Source of the DNA: Candidatus Poribacteria bacterium
GTDB lineage: Bacteria > Poribacteria > WGA-4E > PCPOR2b
NCBI GenBank assembly: GCA_965218095.1
Contig: OZ244587.1
Location: 1,216,001 to 1,280,000 of the forward strand
Length of the DNA stretch: 64,000 nt
Reading direction: 5' to 3'
The notes under the pieces were generated by a model, which was not told the DNA's origin, searched no databases, and saw only the letters and a list, made by a program, of their open reading frames with translations. Numbering within the stretch: position 1 is the first letter of the stretch; each line of letters starts with the position of its first letter. Made by a program: the position numbers and the translations under genes. Below, piece by piece: positions 19,802 to 32,800 of the stretch.

Positions 19802-21580
19802 TTAGACTACAATTTCTTGGTATGGTACATAGAGCTCTGCACCCGCCAGTATCTTCTCGACACCATCAACGATATGATGCGGCATGAATGGTTCGCCATC
19901 GTATTTTCGGATGTGACCGTTAGCCTTGAAGCTAGTTTCACTCCGCAGGAAACGGGCGAACTGGCCCGTGTAGTTGCACTCGACGATGATTGAGTTCTTA
20001 CAGATCGAGAGAATCTCACTGACCCCATCTTCAGACATTGGGTAGAGCCATTTGAAGTGAATATGATTGACATGATGGCCTGCTGCTCTCAACAGACTAG
20101 CGGCTTCACCAATGACACTCTGCGTAGACCCCCAGCCAATCAAGGTGATGTCGGCATCTTCAGGACCGTCGACCGAAGGCAGTGGTAATTCATCGATGAT
20201 ACCGTCCATCTTGCGCTGCCGTTTTTCGATCATGTCGCGTCGCTTATGTGGGTTTGTGAATTCGTCACTAATCAGCACGCCGTCCTCATCGTGTTCGTCA
20301 GTTGCCACAACGTGGACATGTCCCGGCGTTCCCGGTATAGCCCGAGGAGAGATTCCACTCTCGGTGATCTTGTAACGCAGATATGGCTCACCCGTGCCTT
20401 TATCTTTGGCGATCAGTTCGCCACGATTAATCTCCTGAGACCAGTTAATCTCGTCCGGATCGATCGTCGAATATCCCATGGAGAGTGTGAGATCGGAAAC
20501 CACCATTCCTGGGCACTGATATTTATCGACCAAATTGAAAAGCTCAGGAATCGTGTGAAAACCATCGGCAATACTAGTTGGCGCCACAATAATCTTTGGG
20601 AAATCACCTTGACTGGCGCCGAGGGCCTGCCATAGATCACCTTGCTCGGTCTTTGTCGGCAACCCTGTGGAGGGTCCGCCACGCTGGACATTGATAACAA
20701 CCATCGGTATTTCCATCATCCCTGCACTGCCGATAGCTTCGGTCATCAGGGCAAAGCCACCACCGGAGGTCGCGCACATTGCACGACAACCCGCATGGGC
20801 GGCGCCAATGGTCATATTGATCACGCCGATTTCGTCTTCAACTTGCCGAACCATGATGCCCAAATCGCGTGCGTTTGTAGCCATCCAGTGCAGAACACCG
20901 GTGGATGGACTCATTGGATAGGCACAGTAGAATTTCACACCGGCTGCCGCGCCCCCCATCGCCATCGCTTCGTTGCCAGTCGTCACTGCAAGCGGCTTAT
21001 CTTGTTCCGGCAAAGGTGTGGCGAACGGTGTGAAATGTTCAGCGGCATGATTATAGCCTGCTCGAGCAATACCGACGTTTTCATCAACAACCGCCTGCCC
21101 TTTCCGCTTGAACTGGATCGTTAAAATATTCTCAAACTGTTCCAAACCTGCACCGGTCATGTTAAGCGTAGCCCCAAGTAACAAGGTATTGAGCATGACC
21201 TTATTTCGACTGTTGTTGGATAACTCTTTGAAGGAGAGCGGACACAACTGGACACCCTCTGGGGCATCATCTCCGGGTGTAGTATCATCACTATTATAGA
21301 TAATTGCCCCACCCGAAACAACATTCCGAAGGTGTTTATCCATTGCGTCCTGGTTCAATGCGATTACCAGATCCATTTTGTCACCATGATTTGCAACAGG
21401 CTCTGAATTGATTCGCATTGTTAAAAAGGTGTGACCACCACGGATCAGGGATTGATAGGCACTATAAGTGAAAACATGAAGACCCCGACGGGCGCAGATT
21501 CTCACTAGAACGGGCCCAGCACTTTCAAGCCCCTGACCGGGCGCCCCACCCATAGCAATCGCAAAATCGAATTTTGCCAT
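19802..21580 (-). CDS. korA: 2-oxoacid:ferredoxin oxidoreductase alpha subunit (gamma-alpha fusion)
   Basis: GGAPGQG, YPMSPS, QVEDEI, TSGGGF, QRGGPSTGLPTKTEQGD. Confidence 0.9.
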   Translation of the reverse strand: MAKFDFAIAMGGAPGQGLESAGPVLVRICARRGLHVFTYSAYQSLIRGGHTFLTMRINSEPVANHGDKMDLVIALNQDAMDKHLRNVVSGGAIIYNSDDTTPGDDAPEGVQLCPLSFKELSNNSRNKVMLNTLLLGATLNMTGAGLEQFENILTIQFKRKGQAVVDENVGIARAGYNHAAEHFTPFATPLPEQDKPLAVTTGNEAMAMGGAAAGVKFYCAYPMSPSTGVLHWMATNARDLGIMVRQVEDEIGVINMTIGAAHAGCRAMCATSGGGFALMTEAIGSAGMMEIPMVVINVQRGGPSTGLPTKTEQGDLWQALGASQGDFPKIIVAPTSIADGFHTIPELFNLVDKYQCPGMVVSDLTLSMGYSTIDPDEINWSQEINRGELIAKDKGTGEPYLRYKITESGISPRAIPGTPGHVHVVATDEHDEDGVLISDEFTNPHKRRDMIEKRQRKMDGIIDELPLPSVDGPEDADITLIGWGSTQSVIGEAASLLRAAGHHVNHIHFKWLYPMSEDGVSEILSICKNSIIVECNYTGQFARFLRSETSFKANGHIRKYDGEPFMPHHIVDGVEKILAGAELYVPYQEIVV

Positions 21581-21949
21581 TTTATATCCTTTCTCATTGA
21601 ATTTCGATAGTCTGACGTAACTTCAAAAATTCATGCCTTTTCAGTTTTACCTAATCCTTTTGAAAACCGCCCGTTTCTTGGATTCGATGAAAAAATCCGT
21701 TGGCAATTTTACTACCGACCGAAATGAGTTATGCGATTCACTAGATCAACTGAGCTTTCCGATGAGCGGGTGAGCGATTGCGCTACGGAAATTCTGCTTA
21801 ACTTAGATCGGGGCATAGAAAGATATTGTTCCTATAAGGCTCAATGGTAGGTAGGAAATCTTGGAAAACATAGACATAAGAATAACACATTTATGTGCAT
21901 TTTTTCAAATGAATTATCCAATTTCACCGAGTATCTCACATCAACAATC

Positions 21950-22703
21950 CTCTTTATGACATAGCGGTTCTGGTAAATGCCGGCTCCATCCCAGATCTGC
22001 GGCATTTCCGTCATCGCTTCACTTTTCAACATGGACGGTGCCGTCCGCGTCTACGGTGAAGCAAGATCTTTGGATCCCAGAACAGGGGCCATGCATTACA
22101 ACACGCTGTTCTTCCGTCATGCCCTCCACCAATTCTTCACCCCAGTAGATTTCAGGGGGTGCGCGGTGTCCGGTGGTTTTCGAGGATAATTTTCCAGATG
22201 TCCTCAACGGGCTCCCCTTCTCGGATAATCTTTACCGGCGGCAATCGGAGACCTTCTTGGTACACCTCCTTGGCATCTGCCGCAAAACCGCCGACCGCCT
22301 TCCCACCGATCTCCGTGACATGGGCAATATTGCCGATGAACCCGTATAACTCGCCGTTGTGGTAGACCGCCTTGATCACTGTATGTTCCGGCATGTGACA
22401 GCCGCCGCGATAGGGGTCGTTGTGCATCACCACATCGCCGGGCTTAAAATTCTCCAGGCCGATTTCGGCGATTGTCCACTGCATGGTGTAGAATATCGCG
22501 CCGATCTGGGCGGGACAAAACTCCGCGTAAGCCACCATCTCGCCGTCACGATCGAAGATGACACAGGAGAAATCCAGTCCTTCGTTAAAGATAGAGGAGT
22601 ATGAGGTTTTCATCATTGCCAAACCCATCTCACGACAGGTGTTGACAAGGTAGTTGTTGATGATAGTGAGTGTGACGCTGTCGATTGATTTTTCCGTTTT
22701 CAT
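21950..22703 (-). pseudogene. Truncated hydantoinase B/oxoprolinase, joined to a possible radical-SAM/SPASM remnant
   Basis: SSIFNEGLDFSC, NDPYRGGCHMPE, AHVTEIGG, QEGLRLPP ends at 183 aa; downstream HGPCSGIQRSCFTVDADGTVH fragment. Confidence 0.75.
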
Positions 22704-22849
22704 TTGTTTCTTTAATCAGAAATTTATAATAGCGTAGTTGATTGCGCGTCCGGCTGAGCAATGAATCGCCCTATGACAATTCACTCCAAGGGAGGCGTCA
22801 CGATAAATCGGAATTTACGCTCACTAATCCTAAAAGGTAGAGACTACCA

Positions 22850-23578
22850 CTAGGGAACATTCTCAATAGTCCAACTTCCGTCGGGGTTTTTGCTGGCAGA
22901 AAAACTAGTCCCAAAGAAGTTATCTCTTTCTATATTCCACTCTACACAGAACTTTGTGTTGCGAACCTGAAATTGCTCTGGTATCTCTATCTGGACTCTA
23001 CGGAGAGGTACTTGTTCTCGACACACGGTGCCATCCTGAAGGACAGAAAAGATAATTTCCGCAAACGGCTCATTACTGTCGTAACTACAACCCTTCCCCG
23101 GCTTCAATGTCATTCCAACGGTGCAAGCTCCTTTGTCAATAAAAGATGATGGTGGTTGATTAATCCCAATCCCAATCTGCACCGATGGTGGCGGTTCATT
23201 GACCGTAACCTCAAATGTTACCGGTACTGATGCTACATTATCTTGTCCGCTGTCATCTGTGGCGGTGACGGTGACAGTCGCGGTGCCTGCCTCCATAGCC
23301 ATGATGGTAAGAGTTGTATCCCTCACTGAAACGGTGGCAATGATAGTATCGTCAGTGAATGCACTGATAATATGTGTGTCGTCCACATCCGCATCAGTGA
23401 TGTTGACTTCCACCGTCGTTTCATCTCCAACATTAAGCGTTTTATCGCTTATTGTTTCAATGAACGGTTGGCTGTTATCCTCTTCAGAGGCACCGCAGCC
23501 AACGAAGAAAAATGATGTGAACAGAAGGATTGATAAGGTTACGCCGAAGATTTGCCTCAAGAGTAGGTTAGATCCCAT
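22850..23578 (-). CDS. Lipoprotein with cadherin/Ig-like domain and Cys-pair C-terminal domain
   Basis: Lipobox FVGC; NSQPFI..TDADVDD..TVTVTATDDSG. Confidence 0.75.
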   Translation of the reverse strand: MGSNLLLRQIFGVTLSILLFTSFFFVGCGASEEDNSQPFIETISDKTLNVGDETTVEVNITDADVDDTHIISAFTDDTIIATVSVRDTTLTIMAMEAGTATVTVTATDDSGQDNVASVPVTFEVTVNEPPPSVQIGIGINQPPSSFIDKGACTVGMTLKPGKGCSYDSNEPFAEIIFSVLQDGTVCREQVPLRRVQIEIPEQFQVRNTKFCVEWNIERDNFFGTSFSASKNPDGSWTIENVP

Positions 23579-23608
23579 TTCGACTTCAAAATGAGTATTT
23601 TCCGCGTG

Positions 23609-23775
23609 GTAGGGCAGGAAGCCCTGCCTACTCATAAAACTGATGTCCAGATAGGGCGGGGCAAGATGCCCCGCCTACGGGAGATGGATTCCATTAACCA
23701 CGGAGGAAGTTGAGTGTAGCGAAATCCCCGATGAATCGGGACAGGCCCGATTTATCAGGGATGCCCCGCCTACAA
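23609..23775. repeat. Cluster of GTAG-type REP-like palindromes
   Basis: GTAGGGCAGGAAGCCCTGCCTAC; TAGGGCGGGGCAAGATGCCCCGCCTAC; CCCGATGAATCGGG; GATGCCCCGCCTAC. Confidence 0.7.
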
Positions 23776-23807
23776 ACGGGCTCTTAGTAAAGATATCAAC
23801 TCCTTTC

Positions 23808-26800
23808 CTACTTGATGATGAGCATCTTCCGAGTAGCGGAAAAGTCGCCTGTGGACAGGTGATAGAAGTACACACCACTTGCCACCTGTTCACCGAAATC
23901 GTTACGACCATCCCAGTGGATTGCTTTCGCTCGAGATTCGTACACCGCTGCCGGTTTGTAGCCCACATCTATGCTTCGTACAACCCGTCCGGCTGTATCG
24001 TAGATGGTCAAGTTGACGACAGCATCTTCTGCCAACCGATACGGTATCCACGTCTCTGGGTTGAACGGATTCGGGTAGTTTGGGAGCAGTTCCGTTTCTG
24101 TTGGTATTTCATAGGCAATCAAATTATCTAACTCAATCCGACTCCACTTCACATCTTCAGCAGTAACCGTATGACGCAACGGTCGTACACCGATTCGTGG
24201 GTCTGGGGATCGCACCGAGATTTCAAGGATATCCCCAATCTGCGCTGCCCCGCCTGTCTCCGTGTCAACAACCGTAAGTTGATAACTGCCCCCTGTATCT
24301 CCGGTCACAGTGGCGACTGATTTGCGGGTTGAGAGGTTCTTGACGATAACGCGGAAGCCCGACCCTGACCGTAGATGGGGCATCCTGCCCCACTCACCTA
24401 CGGGGGAAACGATTGAACCCGTCAACGCCAAAACAGGAGTAGTATTTCCCACTTCAATCCCCGTCAGTGCCACCGGTGCGGCGGCAGCTACCCCTGATAC
24501 ATTATCCCATCCCTGACCGGAGATAGCAACCGTTGTTTCTTCCCGCGCGTTCAGGATAAAGGATTGTCCCCCCGTGATGGGAATATCACCGGCATTGCCC
24601 GCCTGTTCGACTGTTTGGAATATCCCGTTATTCAAAACCGTAATGGTGGAGACGTTGGCCCTAATCCCTTCGAGCGCGAATAGGTCGCTGACGTGGGTTA
24701 TTCTTGGGTCTTTCAGCGACATTCCTACCAAGTTTGTGCCCGGGTGCAATGTAATTACACTATTTCCGTTGCTACCTAGCGCGTCGCCATCCAGTTGCAG
24801 CGAGACTGGCGTTTTCATGTCGGCAATAATACCTTGGTGATCAGCCAGAACAGTATCAGCGATAGTGCCTCGACTAGCTTCTCCCAGATAACTGCGCCAA
24901 CTCTGAGTTGCGGGATCATAAGTGATGAGAAGGTTAACAGTATCCGCACCACCGAGTACGTCGTAAAGGGCACTGACCGATTCGATGGTCTGTGCCACCC
25001 CGTCAACGGCTGTCACCCGCAGGGGGACGTGAATTAAGCTAATGCCGCTTGGTGCCCTCAAAACCTGCTCTGTCGCGGTGACAGTTATTTGCGCTGTGAG
25101 CGCGGGACCGTTGTAATCTGCTATAGCATCTGCGCCGACTGTGAAGATTAACGTAGAGGTGGAGTCAAAGTTGGTGCCATCAAATTCGAGTTCAAGAGTA
25201 AGTTCAGTATCACTTTCTCGGTCAGGGTCGTGCCAAGGGATTGTTACACCGTTAATGCCGGATACGGTCACAGCATCTCTGATGTCAAAGATAGAGCGTG
25301 CGTAATTCCTGCCGGTAAGTGTGAGTGTGACAACGCTTTCATCTAACGTTGCCTCTGTCAATGGAGAGGCAGTCGTGGCTACTATGGATTCTGTGCTTGC
25401 GGTGACAGAGACTTGCACGGTGAGTGCGGGACCGTTGTAGTCAGCTATAGCCCCTGCTCCTACGGTGAAGGTGAGTGTAGCATCAGTATCAAAATCACCA
25501 TTAAATTCCAGTTCAACAGTGGCTTCCGTATCACTAATGCGGTCTACCCCATACCGTTCGTAAGTAGCACCGTCAATACCGGTTATAGTCAAAGCACTTC
25601 TAATGTCCCGGTAACTGGGTACGTAATGTCTGCCGGTGAGTGTGAGTGTGACGATGCTTCCATTGAGCGTCATCTCAGTTAGCGGAGCGTCAGTTGAAGC
25701 AACTATTGATTCTGTGCTTGCGGTGACAGGCAGTTGTGTAGTGAGCGCGGGCCCCTTATAATCTGCGATTGCTCCTGCTCTCACAGTGAAGGTGAGTGTA
25801 GCATTAGTATCAAAATCACCATTAAATTCCAGTTCAACAGTGGCTTCCGTATCACTAATGCGGTCTACCCCATACCGTTCGTAAGTAGCACCGTCAATAC
25901 CGGTTATAGTCAAAGCACTTCTAATGTCCCGGTAACTGGGTACGTAATGTCTGCCGGTGAGTGTGAGTGTGACGATGCTTCCATTGAGCGTCATCTCAGT
26001 TAGCGGAGCGTCAGTTGAAGCAACTATTGATTCTGTGCTTGCGGTGACAGGCAGTTGTGTAGTGAGCGCGGGCCCCTTATAATCTGCGATTGCTCCTGCT
26101 CTCACAGTGAAGGTGAGTGTAGCATTAGTATCAAAATCACCATTAAATTCCAGTTCAACAGTGGCTTCCGTATCACTAATGCGGTCTACCCCATACCGTT
26201 CGTAAGTAGCACCGTCAATACCGGTTATAGTCAAAGCACTTCTAATGTCCCGGTAACTGGGTACGTAATGTCTGCCGGTGAGAGTGAGTGTGACGACGCT
26301 TTCATGCAGCGTTGCCTCCGTCAACGGGGCCGGAGTTGATGCACGTAGGGTCAAGGTGCTATCGCCACCTCCTTGTTGTTGAGGTTGTTGTGGTGTGACA
26401 GGGGTTTGTCCATCGGTTACATCGGTAACGACGGGTGTTTCCGTGCTAGCAGAGACAGATAGTTGTGCGGTGAGAGCCGGTCCGTTGTATCCAGCGATGG
26501 CACCTGCACCGACAATAAAGGTCAATGTGGAATTTGTGTCAAAGTCGGTGCCATCAAATTCGAGTTCAAGAGTAATTTCAGTATTACTTTCTCGATCAGG
26601 CTCATGCCACGGCATTGTTACGCCATTGATGCCGGATACCGTCACAGCATCTCTGATTTTGGAGACGGCTCTCTCGTAAGTAGCACCGGTGAGAGTGAGT
26701 GTGACAACGCTTTCATCGAGTGTTGCTTCTGTCAACGGAGATGCCGTTGAGGCGACAACTGACTCAGGGAGAGCAGACACAGATATTTGCGAAGTAAGCG

Positions 26801-29800
26801 CATCCCCATCATAGTTCGCAATAGCGTCTGATCTCAAGGTGAAAGTTAACGTGCTATTCGTGCTAATGTTGCCATCAAACTCAAGTTCAACAGTGGCTTG
26901 TGTATCGCTGACACGAACCACGCTGAACGGCTCAAAGTCGGCACCTGTGATATCAGACACTGTTAGAGAACGTCTGATATCGAATGTAGTGCTTTCATAA
27001 GTGCCGCCGGTAAGTGTGAGCGTGACGACGCTTTCATTTAGCGTTGCCTCAGTTAGTGGTGACGGAGTTGATGCACGTAGGGTCGGCGTGCCACCGCCAA
27101 TTTCTACGGGTTCCTCTGAGGCAGAAACAGAGACTTGTGCAGTGAGTGCGGCACCGTCATATCCTGCGATGGCATCTGCTCCTACAGTGAAGGTCAGCGT
27201 GCCATCTGTGTTGATGTTCCCGTTGAATGTCAGTTCAACAGTGACTTCCGTGTCGCTTTCGCGGTCTATATTATAATTCTGAACGGTGACCCCTGCAATG
27301 CCGGAGACCGATACCGCTGTTCTGACTGTAGAATCGTTTCGCTCAAATTTCCTGCCGTTGAGCGTGAGTGTGACGACACTCTCATTGAGTGTTGCCTCAG
27401 TCAGTGGTTGTGGAGTTGAAGCGTCTAATGACTCTGTTCCTGCGGAGACAGGAACTTGTGCGGTGAGAGCGGGACCGTTATATCCAGCGATAGCCTCTGC
27501 GCCGACGGTAAAGGTCAGTGTGCTATTAGTGTTGATGTTCCCGTTGAATGTCAGTTCAACAGTGACTTCCGTGTCGCTTTCGCGGTCTATATTATAATTC
27601 TGAACGGTGACCCCTGCAATGCCGGAGACCGATACCGCTGTTCTGACTGTAGAATCGTTTCGCTCAAATTTCCCGCCGTTAAGCGTGAGTGTGACGACAC
27701 TTTCATTGAGTGTTGCCTCAGTCAATGGTCGTGGAGTTGAAGCGTCTAATGACTCTGTTCCTGCGGAGACAGGAACTTGTGCAGTGAGTGCGGCACCGTC
27801 ATATCCTGCGATGGCATCTGCGCCGACGGTAAAGGTCAATGTGCTATTAGTGTTGATGTTCCCGTTGAATGTCAGTTCAACAGTGACTTCCGTGTCGCTT
27901 TCGCGGTCTATATTATAATTCTGAACGGTGACCCCTGCAATGCCGGAGACCGATACCGCTGTTCTGACTGTAGAATCGTTTCGCTCAAACTTTCTACCGC
28001 TAAGGGTGAGTGTGACAACACTTTCATCGAGTGTTGCTTCTGTCAAAGGTGCAGCAGTTGATGCAGTGACCGACTCAGTGACAGCAGGCACAGATATTTG
28101 CGAAGTCAACGCAGCCCCTTCATAGTTCGCGATAGCATCGGATTCCAAGTTGAAAGTTAATGTGCCACTCGTGCTAATGTTGCCATCAAACTCAAGTTCA
28201 ACAGTGGCTTGTGTATCGCTGACACGAACCACGCTAAAAGTCTCAAAGTCAGCACCCGTGATACCAGAAACTGTTAGGGAACGTCTGATATCGAATACAG
28301 TGCTTTCATAAGTTCCACCGCTGAGGGTGAGTGTTGCGACCCCTCCATGCAACGTTGCTTCTGTCAATGAGGATGCCGTTGATACAGTTAGCGTCGGAGT
28401 TTCCCCCACATCTCCGGGTTGTTCCGGCTGTTCAGGTGTCTCAGGTTGTTCGGGTCTGTCTTCTCCAATTTCTTTGATTTCCCAAGAGTCATTGGAAACT
28501 TCTTCAGCGACGAAATGATAGTCTTGATTATTGATAGTTGCAGAGATGCGCATTGAACCGCCAATAGATGTTTGGTTAATCCACGCGAGCCACGAGGGTA
28601 AATCGGGGATGTTCCATTGCGAATGCCCATTATCAAGCACAGAAAACGTGGCATCGGTGCCGGGGTAGGTACAGCTCTCCCCGGGAGCGAGTATATCCCC
28701 AACTTTACAAACCCCGATGTCCGTGGGTGCTTCATCTACGTCGGTAACATTGATAGTAACAGTGATTGTGTCGGTGAGGCTGCCATCGGAGACGGTGACT
28801 GTTGCAGTATAGGTGGTTTTGGTTTCGTAGTCGAGTGCGGACTTGGTTTGCAACTGCCCCGTGCTGCTATTAATACTAAACGATGCCGCATCGGTGCCGC
28901 TGAGAGTGTAAGTCAGTGTGTCGTTGTCAGCGTCCGTGGCAGCGATTGCCGCCCCAATGTTTACGCCGGGTGCCGTATTCTCCGCCACAGCGCGGGTGGT
29001 ACTGGCACCTTCAGTGAACGTCGGTGCCCTGTTCGCAGCAGAGCTAAAGATTTCCAACGGTAGGTTAGCGGATCTGGTGAGTTGATAGCCTTGATGGTTT
29101 GTGGGTAGCCCCGGCAACGTGCCGATATCCACGGTGACAGCGGCGGTCGTGCCGGCTGTGCGTGTCACCGTGAGGCGTCCGCTTTCCACGCTGCCTTGCG
29201 GAATCGTGAGGGTACTTACCCCACTGCTGATAGTCCCGTTGGCAACGTTGATCGGTATGGTGATAGTGAACGGTGCCCCTGCAGGCACGGAGGCTTTGAA
29301 CTGGTTGTCCCCAACTTTCTCTAATGATATAGTAAGGGGTAAGGGGTCAACTGTGTTGCCTTGTAGCCAGAGCTGCGTTGATGCCGTCAATCCACGAAAC
29401 ATTCCCACTGATAAAGTAGACATTTGGTTTTTATTTAGGAGGAGTTGTGTCAGGGACGGTAATCCCGAAAACAGGTCTGCTGGTAGGCTCGTCAGGCGGT
29501 TGCCATCCAGATAGAGGTATTGCAGGGACGACAATCCAGAAAACAGGTCTGCGGGTAGGCTCGTCAACTTGTTGTTACGCAGGAAGAGTTGTGTGAGCGA
29601 CGACAATCCGGAAAATATATCTGCTGGTAGGTTCGTCAGGCGGCTGGTATGCAGGTTGATTTGTCTCAGAGACGACAGTCCGGCAAACAGATCTACGGGT
29701 AGGCTCGTCAGCTGATTGTTATGCAGGTAAAGATCGTGTAGTGCTGTTAATTCGGAGAACACGTCTGGGGGCAGGCTCGTTAGTTGATTGTTACCTAGAT

Positions 29801-32800
29801 AGAGCCTTCTCAGAGATGACAGTCCGGAAAATATGTCTGCCGGCAGGGCACGCAGTTGATTGCTCTCCAATCGGAGTTCTTGCAGTGACGACAGTCCCTC
29901 AAAATCACCAGGTTTCAGTGCGGATATATTCTTATCTCTCAGGTCTAGCAGGTCGCGTATCGCCGCGAGGTGCGTTTCGGTCACATTGCTGCAATCGCTC
30001 ACACCTGGGACTGCAGCCACGATAGCATCGCGCACCTGCGGTGTGCGGTCGCAGACTGGGGTCAACGTAGAGACTACTGGGGTATCGGCTACATCGTTGA
30101 CATTTATAGTGACAGTGATTGTGTCAGTCAAACTACCATCGGAGACGGTAACCGTTACGGTATAGGTGGTTTTGGTTTCGTAGTCGAGTGCTGCTTTGGT
30201 TTGCAACTGCCCGGTGCTGCTATTAATGCTAAACGATGCTGCATCGGTGCCGCTGAGAGTGTAGGTGAGGGTGTCGTTGTCTGCATCCGTAGCAGACACG
30301 GGACTACCGATGTTTCGTCCTGCTGCGGTATTCTCCGCTATTGTGCGAGCGGTGCTGGCACCGTCAGTGAATACGGGTGCGGTGTTTGTTGTGACCGGTG
30401 GTTGCGGTGTATCAGGGGGCTGACCATCGGTATCCACGTTTGGAATTGCTGTGGTGAAATCTGCCTCATCAAGATAGATTTTAAAGAACATCCCCCAATC
30501 ACCGAAGTTGTCGCTGACTTTAACTAACAAGAGATTGTCCCCCGCTTTCAGATTTACGCTGAACCGGTCCTGGATGCCCGTAGTTCTTCTATCAACGTTA
30601 TTTCTGTGAACCACCGTGCCATTGAGCCAAACTTTGACGGCATCATCGCTCCCCACGCCCATCGAAACACCGTTTTGATCACGCGTAGAGATAATGTTAA
30701 TCAAGGCATACGCAGAATAGAGATTGAGATTATGATTTTCGCTCAGTCCAATCGCATTGACCACGTGGTTGACATTATCCGAATAGCAGCCCGTCCAGAA
30801 CGTACAATAAGTTGATGGATAGATCTGCCCGCGCGTCCATTGCAGCTCACCTAAGTTATCTCCTTCGTTTACCCCATTTTGGGCAACCTGAGGCTCCGTA
30901 ATCGTGCCGTTACTTTCTTCGGCGAGATAATCCATGTCTATGTCTGCCCCGCTAGCAATCATCCAGAGCCAGGGACCTTGTATATAGTCCTGTGCCGCGG
31001 GTGTCTCGTCTATGTCAGTGACGCTGATAGTAACAGTAATTGTGTCGGAGAGGCTACCATCGGAGACGGTGACTGTTGCAGTATAGGTGGTTTTGGTTTC
31101 GTAGTCGAGTGCGGACTTGGTTTGCAACTGCCCCGTGCTGCTATTAATACTAAACGATGCCGCATCGGTGCCGCTGAGAGTGTAGGTGAGGGTGTCGTTG
31201 TCTGCATCCGTAGCGGCTACTGCGTTGCCGATGTTTACATCTGCTGCGGTATTCTCTGCAATTGTGCGGGTGGTGGAAGTGCCATCGGTGAATGTCGGTG
31301 CGGTATTCGTCGTCGTTGCTGTAGCGGTGAAGGTCACTGATGTAGAAATACCTTGGACACTTACGTGAACCGTATTTGTGCCAGCGGTATTGCCGAGCGT
31401 CAACGTGCTTTCTGCTCTGCCGTTCGCATTGGTAGTAGTGTTAGACACATTGAGCGTGCCACCGCCTGCTGTGACAGCAAACGTCACCGGCACCCCTGCA
31501 AACGCGACACGGCTTGCATCTTGCACTTCCACAACAAACGGCTGTGCAAGCGTTGTGCCGGTGTTGCCCGATTGCGTATCTCCCGATATTTTCACAGGTG
31601 TGGTCGCTACGCGGTTATCAAATTCTATATACACATTTTTCGCCTGCAGGGCGGGTATGTGCGTATAGATAGATGGATAATTCAACGGATTTCCCGACGC
31701 ATTGAGCTCGGTGAACTCTCCAAATCCTGTATTAGCGACTAACGGTGAGAGGTCAGAAACGGCGTTATTCTGAAAATATAACTCTGCCAGTTTGGTGAGA
31801 TTTTGGACAACAGATATATCTGAAATGCTGTTGTTCGGCATATCCAACCACACCAGTTTGGTGAGGTTCTGAACAGGCGTTATGTTTGTGATGGTGTTGT
31901 TTCCGATTTGCAGTTCTGTCAGGTTTGTCAAGCCTGCCAACGCCGATATATCTGAGATGGCGTTGGCTTTCAGACTGAGTTCGGTCAGGTTCGTCAATCT
32001 TGACAGGATAGATATATTTGAAATTGTATTTTCACTGATCTTCAGCTGCGTGAGACTTGTCAATCCTGCCAACGCCGATATATCTGAGATGCTGTTCCCC
32101 CAGATATACAGTTTTGTGAGGTTGGTTAGGCTTGCCAGTATAGATAGGTTTGAGATTTGGTTATCCCATAGCTGCAACTCTGTCAGGTTGGTCAACCCCG
32201 CAAGTGCGGATATATCCGAGATGCTGTTGTCTCCCAGTTTGAGTGTTGTGAGGTTTGTCGCTGTCTCAAGTCCGGTCAAATTGGATATACTTGCATCTTG
32301 TGCGGTAAGCGAGGTGAGCGTTGCCATCTCTGTGGGAGTGATTGGGTCTCCTGATTTTTTACCGAGAGCGGCTTCAATTTCGGCGCGTAGATTGGGGTCT
32401 GGGATGTTTACTGCTGCCACCACTTTAGCGGTATCGTCTATGTCGGTGACGTTGATAGTAACAGTAATGGTATCTGTGAGACTACCATCGGAGACGGTGA
32501 TTGTTACGGTATAGACGGTTTTGGTTTCATAGTCGAGCGCGGATTTGGTTTGCAACTGCCCGGTGCTGCTATTAATGCTAAACGATGCTGCATCAGTACC
32601 ACCGAGTGTATAGGTGAGGGTGTCGTTGTCAGCATCCGTGGCGGCTATAGCAGCCCCAATGTTTACGCCTGCCGCAGTGTTTTCTGCGATTGAGCGAGTG
32701 GTAGAAGTGTCATCGGTGAACACTGGGGCGGTGTTTGCCGCCACCGTTGTGACTTCAATCGTGCCTTGTGTGACTTGGCCGTTTTGAATTATACAATTAT

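Noticed and set aside
25390-28080. Regular repeats as a CRISPR array
   Set aside because: Units are 321 bp, in-frame coding and lack unique spacers; no cas genes
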